Source: Podarcis muralis (Eukaryota). From it: 64,000 nucleotides of DNA. This document shows positions 1-9,787 of the stretch, in pieces; position 1 is the first letter of the stretch, and each line of letters starts with the position of its first letter. The stretch spans positions 107,136,001 through 107,200,000 of the forward strand of contig NC_135656.1 in NCBI RefSeq assembly GCF_964188315.1. The letters are read 5' to 3'. The notes below the pieces were generated by a model that was given only the letters and a program-made list of their open reading frames with translations, made no database searches and was not told the origin of the DNA. The position numbers and the translations under genes were made by a program.

Positions 1-458
1 ATTAGAGACTGGGTAGCAATTTTCTAAAGCCTCTGAACCCATGAAGACCTCTTCAAAAGGGGCCACACTACCACCTCTTTCAAGGCAGTGGGCATAACTA
101 CCTCCAATAGCAAGGCATTAACCACAATGGACCATCCAGTCATTACTTCCCACAAGACTTTACCAGCCAAGATTGACAGGGATCAAGAAGGTGCGTAGCC
201 AGCCCCCTGTCAGGGGTTCCCTACCCCTGAACAACAATGCTCAATAAGACTGAAATATTAACTTACAAAGGCCTTGTAATCTGAAGCATTCTGACAAGCA
301 TTCTATCCATATACTGTGATTATTACTACCATTATAATACTGTGATTACAAAAATAATGATAGGATATATTGAAACTGAAATATAGACCTGGCTAAAGAA
401 ATAAGTACAATCACTCCATTAAGTCAATCTAGAAATATCTCATATCCAAACTAAATGA

Positions 459-912
459 TGTTCAGTTTCTGTTTCAGTTTCTGTTAATTGGTTCTCGTGG
501 GAAACTTGCAGATTCTAGCTTCACACAATTAACTCAAGCTGGTGTCAATTTACTCTTGGCAGAAAGCCCAGGTCTGCCTGACCTAGAAACTACTCACTCT
601 GATTGGTTAACGACCAGCACTCTGCTCTGTTATCAAGGGTTTGCTAGCTCAGCTTGAGGTGAGGTGTTGTTAGGAGTAGAAGTGCTGTGTATGGTTTTGA
701 GAGAGAGAAAGAGAGGATTTATTTTGCTTTTATTTGTATGCAGAAACTCTGCTGGTTTTATTTTCTCCTTTTAATAAATCCTGTAAATAGTTATTCTGAG
801 TCTAGCTGACTAGTCATTACCGCCGCAACTAGCTTCTTCGCTGTGCAGGAAAACTCTGCTACGTTTGGGCTAAAGCCAATAGGGCTATGCCTGACACTCC
901 AAAGTTCCATGA
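459..912 (+). repeat. 5' LTR of copia element
   Basis: Starts TGTTCAG, ends TTCCATGA, contains AATAAA (about 773); direct repeat of 4739-5192. Confidence 0.95.
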
Positions 913-936
913 GGTTATGGGCATTGTGCTGCCAGC
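913..936 (+). promoter_or_regulatory. Primer-binding site, half-tRNA-iMet type, partial/interrupted
   Basis: GGTTATGGGC immediately after the LTR matches the first 10 nt of the copia-type PBS GGTTATGGGCCCAG, complementary to the tRNA-iMet anticodon arm. Confidence 0.65.
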
Positions 937-1140
937 CTGAGTTGCGGTGGTGTCAGCATCAACGGCGTTGGTTCCAGTAGTTCCAGAGGTTGTTGTTCCT
1001 GGCTGGTTCCTGACCGTGGTGAGCTGGTGACGCAGCGGACACAAGGACAACAGCTGCAGCGTGTGAGTGCTGGGGTTCCTGTTTTCTCTCTCGGTGGTCG
1101 TGAGTAGCTGGTTCCGGGTTCCAGGGACATCGCTCTCAAG

Positions 1141-3825
1141 ATGGCCTCACAACCAGTTCAGATGGCTTTTGAGCGTCTGAATGACTCAAATTACTTGCTG
1201 TGGTCGGAACGCATGCAGGCAGTGCTGCAGAGGGATCGTCTCTGGCAAGTGGTGAGTAAGTTTCCTGCGAAGCCTGATGATGAAGACCTCGACAAAGACC
1301 AAAGAGCAAGGGCCACAATTGTCTTGGGGCTGGAAGATTCCCAGTTGCCGTATGTGAGGGGAATCAAGACAGCTAGAGGTGTGTGGCAAGCACTTAAAGA
1401 ACTCCATGTGCGTGAGACAGCGGTTTCCAAGCTGTTCATTCGCAAGGCATTGTACAAGGCAATGTTACAGCCTGGGGTTACAATGCAGGAACACCTACAC
1501 AGTTTACAGTTAAAGTTTACTGCGCTACAGGAAAGAGACTGTGCGTTAGACCAGCAGGAGAAGGTGGCTATTATTTTGAGTTCTCTCCCGGAAAGCTGGG
1601 ATAATTTAGTTTTGTCTCTAGAAGGCATGCAGGAGCATGATTTATCAGTCAGTTACGTTACTGGGCGTTTGATTGAAGAATGGCAGAAGAGGCAAGAAAG
1701 GTCGTTGGCTGCAGAGGCTTCTACAGGCGGGCGGTTTGGAAGGAGTTCTCATGCCGTGCCAGAGGTGGAGCGAAAGCAGCGTGCCGGTGAGGAGTCAGCG
1801 TTTGCTGTTAGGCGTTGTTTCCGATGTGGGTCTTCAGCGCATCTAAAACGACAATGTCCGGAGTTGGTCAAGTCTCAGTTGCCGGTGCAGGAGCAGAGAC
1901 GAGATCAGCAGCAGCAGCAGCAGCGTAAAAAGAAATTCTTCAAACGAAAACAGTCGGCTCAGCTGGTGACCGGCGAGGTCAAGATTGCTGATGAGAAACA
2001 AGCGGTCTGGGTGGTCGATTCGGGAGCATCTCGCCACATCGTAAATTCAGATGAATTGTTTGTTTCCAAGAACTCAGCACAGCGCAGCCAGGTGGCTTTA
2101 GCAGACGGAAGTACTTCCGAAGTGATTTCGGGGGGTGCAGTTTTTGTTCCTTGTCATCGTGAATGCCTGCAAAATGTACTTTGTGTGCCGTCATTAAGGA
2201 GCAATCTGATGTCTGTAGATTGTTTGCTAAAAGCTGGGTTTAAAGTGTATTTTGAAGGAGACAGTTGCATTATTAAGAAGGCTGGTGAGATTTTAGGCAC
2301 TGCTAAGTCAGAGGGAGGCTTGTTTTGGCTTAAAGCAGGATCTCAAGTTGCAGCAGTAGTCAGTAAATCTCAGCCTGCAGTGAATAACAAAGCTATACAT
2401 GACAACTGTGTGCACTTATTGCATAGGAAAATGGGGCATGCTTGCTGGAAAAGTGTACTAAAAATGTCTGAATTGGCTGATGGGGGTAATTTAAAGAGTT
2501 GTAACAAGTACCTTGATTGTAATGTGTGTAAAAAGGTTAAAACCCACAGAGTCTCTTACCCCAGAAGTGACAGAGTTAGTGAGGCACCGCTACAGCTGGT
2601 TCACATGGACGTAATTGGCCCATTTGCTGTAAGCAGGGGTGGATCGCGCTTTTCATTAACAATTGTGGATGACGCCACACGTTATTCCTGGGTTTTTCCC
2701 ATGAAGAATAAGGGTGACGTGTTCACTAAGTTTAAAGGCTGGGTGGCATCTGTGGAAAGATTTCTGTCCATTAAACTTAAAAGGATTCAGACGGACAGAG
2801 GTGGCGAATTTATGTCAAATGCTTTTAAAGATTGGTTACAAAAGCGTGGCATTGGGCATAGAAAAACGAACGTTTTTTCCCCAGAGGAGAATGGCGTTGC
2901 AGAGCGAAAAAACAGATCTTTACAAGACATGATGTTTGCCATGCTTGAGGATGCTGATTTGCCCATGTCTTATTGGGGGGAGAGCATGCTCACCGCGTGT
3001 TATCTCCAAAACAGGCTCTTTCATCAAACAATAGGTACAACCCCGTACTTTAAATTGTTTCAGAAAAAACCCAAAATTGACCATTTGCATGTGTTTGGAT
3101 CAAAAGCCTGGGTATTAATTCCAAAACAAATGAGGAAGAAGGGAGATCCTAAGACCAAACAGTTAGTGTTTGTGGGTTACCAGGAGCTGGGAAAAGGTTT
3201 CCGCTTTGCTGAAGGGACAAATGGCATTGTGATCTCCAGGAATGCCAGTTTTTGTGAACACAGTGGCTGGGAGAGACTACATGCCAATACTGAGGTTTGG
3301 TTTGAACCTTCCCAGGAGCTTCATGACTCTGAAGATAAACATAGAGAATCAGAGTCTGAGGGGGAGGAAACTTCAGATAAGAGCTCTCAAGAAAGTGGTG
3401 TTAGCCAAAGACCAGTTGCTATGCAACAAAAGAGAGGTCGCAGTTCTGAAGAGGAAAGTGGGTCAGAAGAAAAATTTTCTCCCAGAAGATCTAAAAGACA
3501 AAACAAAGGAGTGCCTCCGGTGCGTTTTTCCCCAGATACTGCAAATGTGTTTAGTGTAATTGCAGAACCCAAGAGTTTTCAGGAGGTGTTAAAGTTACCA
3601 AAAGAGGAGGCAGAGCGCTGGAAACAGGCAATGGAGGAAGAGATGTCCTCTCTGAATGAGCACAAGGTTTTTACACCAGTAGCAGCGCCTGAGGGGGCAA
3701 AGATTGTAGGCTGCAGGTGGGTGTACAAACTTAAACCTCTGGTGACAGGAGAGTACAAATACAAAGCTCGTTTAGTGGCTCAAGGATACTCTCGGAGGCC
3801 TGGAAAAGATTATGACGAGACCTAG
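1141..3825 (+). CDS. Copia Gag-Pol polyprotein, truncated in RT (894 aa)
   Basis: Copia Gag N-terminus; zinc knuckle CFRCGSSAHLKRQC; protease WVVDSGASRH; integrase HHCC (H..H..CNVC) and DDE core (HMDVIGP, DRGGEF, NGVAERKNR); RT start WVYKLK..KARLVAQGY, then a premature stop. Confidence 0.93.
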   Translation: MASQPVQMAFERLNDSNYLLWSERMQAVLQRDRLWQVVSKFPAKPDDEDLDKDQRARATIVLGLEDSQLPYVRGIKTARGVWQALKELHVRETAVSKLFIRKALYKAMLQPGVTMQEHLHSLQLKFTALQERDCALDQQEKVAIILSSLPESWDNLVLSLEGMQEHDLSVSYVTGRLIEEWQKRQERSLAAEASTGGRFGRSSHAVPEVERKQRAGEESAFAVRRCFRCGSSAHLKRQCPELVKSQLPVQEQRRDQQQQQQRKKKFFKRKQSAQLVTGEVKIADEKQAVWVVDSGASRHIVNSDELFVSKNSAQRSQVALADGSTSEVISGGAVFVPCHRECLQNVLCVPSLRSNLMSVDCLLKAGFKVYFEGDSCIIKKAGEILGTAKSEGGLFWLKAGSQVAAVVSKSQPAVNNKAIHDNCVHLLHRKMGHACWKSVLKMSELADGGNLKSCNKYLDCNVCKKVKTHRVSYPRSDRVSEAPLQLVHMDVIGPFAVSRGGSRFSLTIVDDATRYSWVFPMKNKGDVFTKFKGWVASVERFLSIKLKRIQTDRGGEFMSNAFKDWLQKRGIGHRKTNVFSPEENGVAERKNRSLQDMMFAMLEDADLPMSYWGESMLTACYLQNRLFHQTIGTTPYFKLFQKKPKIDHLHVFGSKAWVLIPKQMRKKGDPKTKQLVFVGYQELGKGFRFAEGTNGIVISRNASFCEHSGWERLHANTEVWFEPSQELHDSEDKHRESESEGEETSDKSSQESGVSQRPVAMQQKRGRSSEEESGSEEKFSPRRSKRQNKGVPPVRFSPDTANVFSVIAEPKSFQEVLKLPKEEAERWKQAMEEEMSSLNEHKVFTPVAAPEGAKIVGCRWVYKLKPLVTGEYKYKARLVAQGYSRRPGKDYDET

Positions 3826-4685
3826 GCCCGGTTAGGACATATCTAGGGTTGGAAGTGTGCTGGGCCCAAGATGGCAGCTGCCTAATTAGTCAGCAGAACA
3901 AAGTTAAACAACTACTGACTACATACAGGATGCAGGATTGCAAAGGGGCAGTGGTGCCTATGGATCCAGGTTTCATAAAAACACTTCATATAGATGAGAG
4001 TCCTGAATTTGAACATCCTGATGTATATCATTCTGTAATTGGAAGTTTATTGTATCTAGCACAGTGGTCCAGACCTGATATTAGCTACGCAGTAGGCATA
4101 TTAAGTAGATTGGTCTCAAAACCCACACTAAATGCCTGGAAAGGGGTAAAACAAGTTCTGAGGTATCTCAAACAGACAATTGGCTATATGTTACAATTAA
4201 ATTCTTCAGAGGATGAAATGTTGAGTTGCTACTGTGATAGTGACTGGGGAAATTTGCCGGATAGAAAATCTGTCACAGGACTAGTCATAATGGTTGGTGG
4301 AGCTTTAATCAGCTGGCGGTCACGCAAGCAAGACGTTGTAAGTGTGTCATCAACGGAATCAGAGTACGCCGCATTGAGTGAATTGTGCAACGAGGTGATT
4401 TATTTCAAGCATTTGTTAGCAGATTTAAATGTAAATTGTGGAGAACCAGTACAAGTTTACATTGATAATCAAGCTTGTATAACCTTAAGTAAAACAGAGG
4501 GTTTCAAATCGCGTTCCAAACATATCTCTGTAAAATACCAAAATGTACGTTGCTGTGTACAAGACAATGTAATCACCTGTACTTATGTATCAAGTGAAGA
4601 AAATGTAGCAGATGTATTAACTAAACCATTGGCAAAGATAAAGAACAAGCGAATGTGCAAGGGTTTAGGTTTGCTGGAAAAATAA
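3819..4685 (+). pseudogene. Out-of-frame RT C-terminus plus RNase H of the same copia element
   Basis: Frame reads DLGPVRTYLGLEV..., RPDISYAVG, YCDSDWG, SSTESEY, ADVLTKPL; joined out of frame to the upstream ORF by a deletion. Confidence 0.9.
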
Positions 4686-4731
4686 TCTCCTACATAGGTG
4701 TATTTGGTGTTAATTGTTCAGCAGAATCTGT

Positions 4732-4738
4732 GAGGGGG
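4732..4738 (+). promoter_or_regulatory. Polypurine tract
   Basis: GAGGGGG directly abutting the TG of the 3' LTR. Confidence 0.8.
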
Positions 4739-5192
4739 TGTTCAGTTTCTGTTTCAGTTTCTGTTAATTGGTTCTCGTGGGAAACTTGCAGATTCTAGCT
4801 TCACACAATTAACTCAAGCTGGTGTCAATTTACTCTTGGCAGAAAGCCCAGGTCTGCCTGACCTAGAAACTACTCACTCTGATTGGTTAACGACCAGCAC
4901 TCTGCTCTGTTATCAAGGGTTTGCTAGCTCAGCTTGAGGTGAGGTGTTGTTAGGAGTAGAAGTGCTGTGTATGGTTTTGAGAGAGAGAAAGAGAGGATTT
5001 ATTTTGCTTTTATTTGTATGCAGAAACTCTGCTGGTTTTATTTTCTCCTTTTAATAAATCCTGTAAATAGTTATTCTGAGTCTAGCTGACTAGTCATTAC
5101 CGCCGCAACTAGCTTCTTCGCTGTGCAGGAAAACTCTGCTACGTTTGGGCTAAAGCCAATAGGGCTATGCCTGACACTCCAAAGTTCCATGA
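4739..5192 (+). repeat. 3' LTR of copia element
   Basis: Identical to 459-912. Confidence 0.95.
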
Positions 5193-5863
5193 ATGAAGCC
5201 TCTAGATCAAATAAATTCAAATTACACCCAACACAACCATATGATAAAGAGAAACAAAGAAACGTATGATGAATGTGCCCAGCATATTTTAGCATATGTG
5301 TTCTCCAGCGAAAAGATTGCTTCAGAAATACATACCACATTTCTGGACATCTGTTCCTGCAATGATTATTTTTGTCCTTTCACAGGTCTCAGGCACTACA
5401 TGCACAACTGGTCCCTGTCTCTGAATGACTGCAGTTAACCGATACAGGAAAGCACCCAGATCTACTACAGGGTGTATTCAAAAGGCCCTCACATCCTTCC
5501 TGTTGCAACAAGATTCAATTACTGCGAAGGGTTATGTGTGCCTAGCTAATTGGCAGTTCTACACCAAGTATAAATTGTGAAAGGCAAACAGATGCAAGCA
5601 AGTCTGCTTAACTTGCCTACTTTATTAGGAAAGAAATGGGTCACTACAGACATTAAGGACAAGAGGTACATGAAATCCTACCTACTCACATAACCTATCA
5701 AGCCCAGATTTCAACAGATTAAAGGTAAAAAACAAGGGATTTGATTCATTCACTTCATACTTACACTTTCATAACTGAACACATAGTGCATGACATCCAA
5801 ACAGAATATGGTTACAGTGCAAAACAAGTGTAAGCTTTGAGTGAATTGCACCTAACTACTCAC

Positions 5864-5969
5864 CTGGAAGGTGTCATATTGCCATAGATATAGGGTGGCC
5901 AGCCTAATGTTCTTCTCTCCTGGGGGAGGGGGGTCTCTTGGCACCCCCCTCCCCCTTCAAAGACTCCAC
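5864..5969 (-). other. Candidate exon of the unidentified minus-strand gene
   Basis: Minus strand: pyrimidine-rich acceptor TTTCTTCAAG, strong donor CAG|GTGAGT at 5864/5863; an alternative internal acceptor CCCTCCCCCAG also exists. Splice signals only. Confidence 0.4.
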
Positions 5970-6519
5970 CTTGAAGAAACAGTAGAGTGAGATAAGCCAG
6001 AAAAAGTCTTCTTTCTTCAATTTCTTACACAGACCCCACTATGCTTAAAGGTAGGGGTGAAATGTTCCTGCAGCCTTAGCCACCACTAAAACAAATGGCA
6101 GCATGGTCTTCTGGTGCCAGGATAATCCCCTTCAAGTCTTTTTTAAGGCTTGTGTGGAATCTTCCATTTCACAAAGGGGAAGTTCAGTCTTCACAATTGA
6201 TCATAAACTCCGCTACAGAAAACCCATGGAGCAAAGCACTCTCATTGTCCTCAGTGTCTAGCTGTTCTTCTCAGTTGTCCTTAAGCCTGGTTCCACATCT
6301 CTTAGTACTGTAGATTTTTTTTAGACAAAAAAGACACAAGTTCTTGCTGGATTTAAACAATGCCAGTAGGATTCCCTGGCCGGAGGCACAACACTGCGTC
6401 GCCGATTGTTCTCGCCTCAGTCACCATGCCCCTGTGTAGCATATAAAACTGGATTAAACACCTTCTGCCTTTCAAGCAACTCATTCCTACATAAGCCTTG
6501 ATCACTACCACTAATAATA

Positions 6520-6605
6520 ATTATTTATTTGTACCCTGTCCATCTGACTGGGTTGCCCCAGCCACTCTGGGTGGCTTCCAACACTTATAAAAACATAATA
6601 AACAC
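6520..6605 (-). mobile_element. L2-like LINE 3' end fragment
   Basis: Reverse complement of the GGAAGCCGCCCAGAGTGGCTGGGG tail also seen at 17240-17345 and 40590-40680. Confidence 0.7.
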
Positions 6606-6784
6606 AGACTGAGACCGGAACTTTCCCGTGAATAACTCTGTTGCTTTCACGCAAACCCGGGAGGGCAGTCATCTAATCATTTCTCTAAAATGTAACCTCT
6701 TGCCCGACGCTGAAGGACAGATGGGACCGCTTGTCACACACCTTCCCTCGCATAGATTGCAGGGGTCACATAATTAATTGGTGT

Positions 6785-6850
6785 TTTGATTTGTTGGAAG
6801 CTGCCCAGAGTGGCTGGGGGAGCCCAGTCAGACGGGTGGCTTATAAATAA
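6785..6850 (+). mobile_element. L2-like LINE 3' end fragment
   Basis: GGAAGCTGCCCAGAGTGGCTGGGG...TATAAATAA, same family tail. Confidence 0.7.
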
Positions 6851-7034
6851 ACTCTTATTAATAATATATTATTATAAACAGTGCCAAAATAAGTTTCTTT
6901 ATTAGGTACATATCTAGCCCACCCTTCATCACAACAGATCCCAGGTCAAAATAAACACACACACACACACACACGTATATCTCGTGTGTGTGTGTGTGTG
7001 TGTATGTGTATATATATATATACACACACACACA

Positions 7035-7247
7035 CTCGGGTTAAGTACTTCGTTCCGGAGGTCTGTTCTTAACCTGAAACTGTTCTTAACCTGAAGCACC
7101 ACTTTAGCTAATGGGGCCTCCTGCTGCCACTGCACCACCAGAGCATGATTTCTGTTCTCATCCTGAAGCAAAGTTCTTAACCCGAGGTACTATTTCTGGG
7201 TTAGCGGAGTCTGTAACCTGAAAGGTATGTAACCCGAAGTACCACCG
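7035..7247. mobile_element. Tc1/mariner-pogo-type MITE with eroded ends, flanked by (CA)n/(TA)n microsatellites
   Basis: Internal sequence matches the copies at 14702, 19934, 32464 and 60581. Confidence 0.8.
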
Positions 7248-7334
7248 TGAGTGTGTGTATGTATATGTATATATATATATGCAGGTTTTGGTGTCCTCGG
7301 GTGTCTTCCCGTGTAAAAGTTGGGGTGTCTAGGC

Positions 7335-7368
7335 GACGTTTCGACGAGGTCTCACTCGTCATCTTCAG
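7335..7368 (-). ncRNA. Mirror copy of the putative minimal hammerhead motif
   Basis: Exact reverse complement of 7763-7796. Confidence 0.55.
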
Positions 7369-7762
7369 GCTGGTGCTTTCGGCTTCTTGTTACTGGAACA
7401 GAGCAGGATCTCAGTGTTTGAGTTCCTATAAATACTGTTGAGGGGTGTGGTGTATAGCCTCCAATGTTCTGGGCCGAGAGGAAGTTCCCAGGCTAGTGTG
7501 CCTTTTCTTCTTTTGTTCCTTAGTTGCTTGAGGGATATCTTGAGTGATTTCTTGAGTGATATGCAAACATATCACTCAAGAAATCACTCAAGATATCCCT
7601 CAAGCAACTAAGGAACAAAAGAAGAAAAGGCACACTAGCCTGGGAACTTCCTCTCGGCCCAGAACATTGGAGGCTATACACCACACCCCTCAACAGTATT
7701 TATAGGAACTCAAACACTGAGATCCTGCTCTGTTCCAGTAACAAGAAGCCGAAAGCACCAGC

Positions 7763-7796
7763 CTGAAGATGACGAGTGAGACCTCGTCGAAACGTC
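7763..7796 (+). ncRNA. Putative minimal type I hammerhead ribozyme motif
   Basis: CTGAAGA-T-GACGAG(tgagac)CTCGTC-GAAA-CG-TC: conserved core, perfect 6-bp stem II, palindromic ACGT stem III; stem I has only 2 bp. Confidence 0.55.
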
Positions 7797-7878
7797 GCCT
7801 AGACACCCCAACTTTTACACGGGAAGACACCCGAGGACACCAAAACCTGCATACCTATACCCGTGAAAATCTACGAAA

Positions 7879-7927
<49 letters not shown>

Positions 7928-8029
7928 AACAAACAAACACCAGTGCAGCTTTTAAGAGTTGGGGCAGCTACTACCTGTGAGCGAAAACGATACTGGGCTA
8001 CCCAGTACCAGGCAGCCTCTTGTGCTCAC

Positions 8030-8069
8030 CTATATATTGTAAGGACATTGCTGCTTATCTGCGCTCTTA
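8030..8069 (-). other. Candidate 40-nt noncoding exon 2 of the minus-strand gene
   Basis: Acceptor CCCTTCCCCTGGTCAG and donor TAG|GTGAGC on the minus strand. Confidence 0.4.
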
Positions 8070-8129
8070 CTGACCAGGGGAAGGGAGGTCCTATAGGGAA
8101 GAGGTCTCCCCTTTAAAAAGTCAAGTGAC

Positions 8130-8960
8130 AGGGCCTTTCGCGGCTCCTTCTCTGCGCCCCCCCCTCCCGGCCGACTGCGAGCAGCCCCTTCGCTTCCCTC
8201 AGGCTCGCTCCCTAAGCCCAGGCGCTACTATATACTCGGATAAATAGGGCGCGGGGCGGAGAAGGGCTGCCCTGCTCCCTCCCTCGTGTCCTTCGGTTCC
8301 CCCTCCCCTCCGTCCCTTCCCCCTCCATACCCCTCTCGGTCCCTCTCTCCCCCGCCCGCCTCACTCGGGGGGGGGCCCGCGCTGCCCCCCAACTCCTCCG
8401 GCGAGAGGGGCGCCCCCCGCCTCCCCGCGCACTGACCGAGGGCAACGGCAGCAATCGGCAGCCAGCAGCAGAATTCCAGCCACTTCCGCCAGGCAGCGCC
8501 GGAAGCGAACCCATGGCAACCAGCCGTCCCGCCCCCCCTCACCCCACCCGCTTTCGGATTGAGGCCACGCCTCCCTTCCCTCATGCGAGGGCGGAGACTG
8601 GAGGGCGGTTTCTTCAGGCGAGCCCTTCCTCGCCGGAGGCCACGCCCTCCTCCCTCCCTCCGCTCTCCTAACCAACTCACGACTCGCAAGGCCGTTCGAT
8701 CCGGCGCCGGCCACGCCCCGCTCGCCCTTGACCCGTCGCGTCAAAAGCGTCACCGCTTCCGTAAGGAGGACGGGGGAAGCGCGGCGGGTGACGTCGCTCT
8801 CGCCTCAGAAATATGTATATGCATGCGCGCACGCGCTTGCAGAGACGTAAAACGACGTAGGTAAGACTCGTCGCCCCTCCCCTTTTGCTTTCCTCCAATC
8901 CGCCGCCCAGCAGCCCGCACCAGACACGCCCACATTTGGGAACCCCCCCCTTCCAACTTC
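8130..8960. promoter_or_regulatory. CpG-island promoter, probably bidirectional
   Basis: Very CpG-dense; GC boxes, ETS sites (CACTTCCG 8481, CCGGAAG about 8499), CCATGGCAAC (8511-8520), TGACGTCG (about 8789), NRF1-like GCATGCGC (8821); divergent donors CCGA|GTGAGG (minus, 8365/8364) and TAG|GTAAGA (plus, 8860/8861). Confidence 0.85.
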
Positions 8961-9480
8961 CTACTTGGTTTCAAGGCTGGTTTTTCCCTCCAGTCTCGTC
9001 TCCGTCCGTGTGTCTCTTGCGCCCCCTGGCGGTTCAGAATAATCATTTGAAAACCAGAGCTTCCTTCAATTGTCCCTAGAAGAACTCTGTGTTTGTATAT
9101 CCAGTTGTGGCCGCATGGTGTATATTCCCATGCATACTAAACATTTACTGGCACGCATCACAAGCCTCCAAATTGTACCGATGGCACTGGCTCCCACTGT
9201 CCCTGGCATCTGTGTCCCTTTTCTCTCCTCCCTGCCTATCCATAAGGAACTCTGGAACTCGAGAGACACCATGTCTCACAGAGGACCACAATTTCTCTCA
9301 AACTGCAGACGCTCCAAGTATCCCTATTTTTCAGGTTCAGGTAGGTAGCCGTGTTGGTCTGACGCGGTCGAAATAAATAACAAAATTAATTTTTTATTTA
9401 TTTTCCAGGCAGGGACAGTCCTGGATTTATAGAAGCCATCCCAAGTTTCTGATTTGATCCCAGAATGTCCCACTTTTCCT

Positions 9481-9787
9481 TAAAGGTAACGGGACCCCTG
9501 ACCATTAGGTCCAGTCGTGGCCGACTCTGGGGTTGCGGTGCTCATCTCGCTTTATTGGCCAAGGGAGCCGGCGTACAGCTTCCGGGTCATGTGACCATCA
9601 TGACTAAGCCGCTTCTGGCGAACCAGAGCAGCGCATGGAAACGCCGTTTACCTTCCCGCCGGAGCAGTACCTATTTATCTACTTGCACTTTGACGTGCTT
9701 TTGAACTGCTAGGTTGGCAGGAGCAGGGACCGAGCAACGGGCAAGTCCTAGGCTCTGTGGTTTAACCCACAGTGCCACCCGTGTCCC
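9481..9787 (-). mobile_element. Sauria SINE, internally deleted
   Basis: Reverse complement of GGGACRCGGGTGGCRCTGTGG...GGGGTCCCTTTACCTTTA. Confidence 0.9.

Larger units (their letters stand above)
459..5192 (+). mobile_element. Ty1/copia LTR retrotransposon, very recent, non-autonomous (internal RT deletion)
   Basis: Two 454-bp LTRs (459-912, 4739-5192), identical on manual comparison; Gag-PR-IN-RT-RH order; PBS-like and PPT-like sites; TSD AATGA (454-458, 5192-5196) or ATGA. Confidence 0.97.
7278..7853. mobile_element. Perfect palindrome (286-bp arms, 4-nt spacer) of a Penelope-like element terminal region
   Basis: 7278-7563 is the exact reverse complement of 7568-7853, spacer CAAA. Each arm has a CTGAAGA..GAAACGTC hammerhead-like motif typical of Penelope-like termini. 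Palindrome certain; PLE identity inferred. Confidence 0.85.

Noticed and set aside
267-313. Possible 47-nt minus-strand exon (donor GTAAGT)
   Set aside because: No polypyrimidine tract at the acceptor and the peptides are unrecognised; too weak to call.
1900-1925. PolyQ (CAG)n in the copia ORF
   Set aside because: Ordinary low-complexity linker between the zinc knuckle and protease.
8212-9079. Multiple Gly/Arg/Pro-rich ORFs in the CpG island
   Set aside because: Expected stop-codon depletion in very GC-rich DNA; low complexity, no homology recognised.
9337-9390. TTCAG-GTTCAG-GTAGGT as a plus-strand micro-exon
   Set aside because: Resembles the end of a common lizard repeat (CAGGTAGGTAGCCGTGTTGGTCTG); no independent support.
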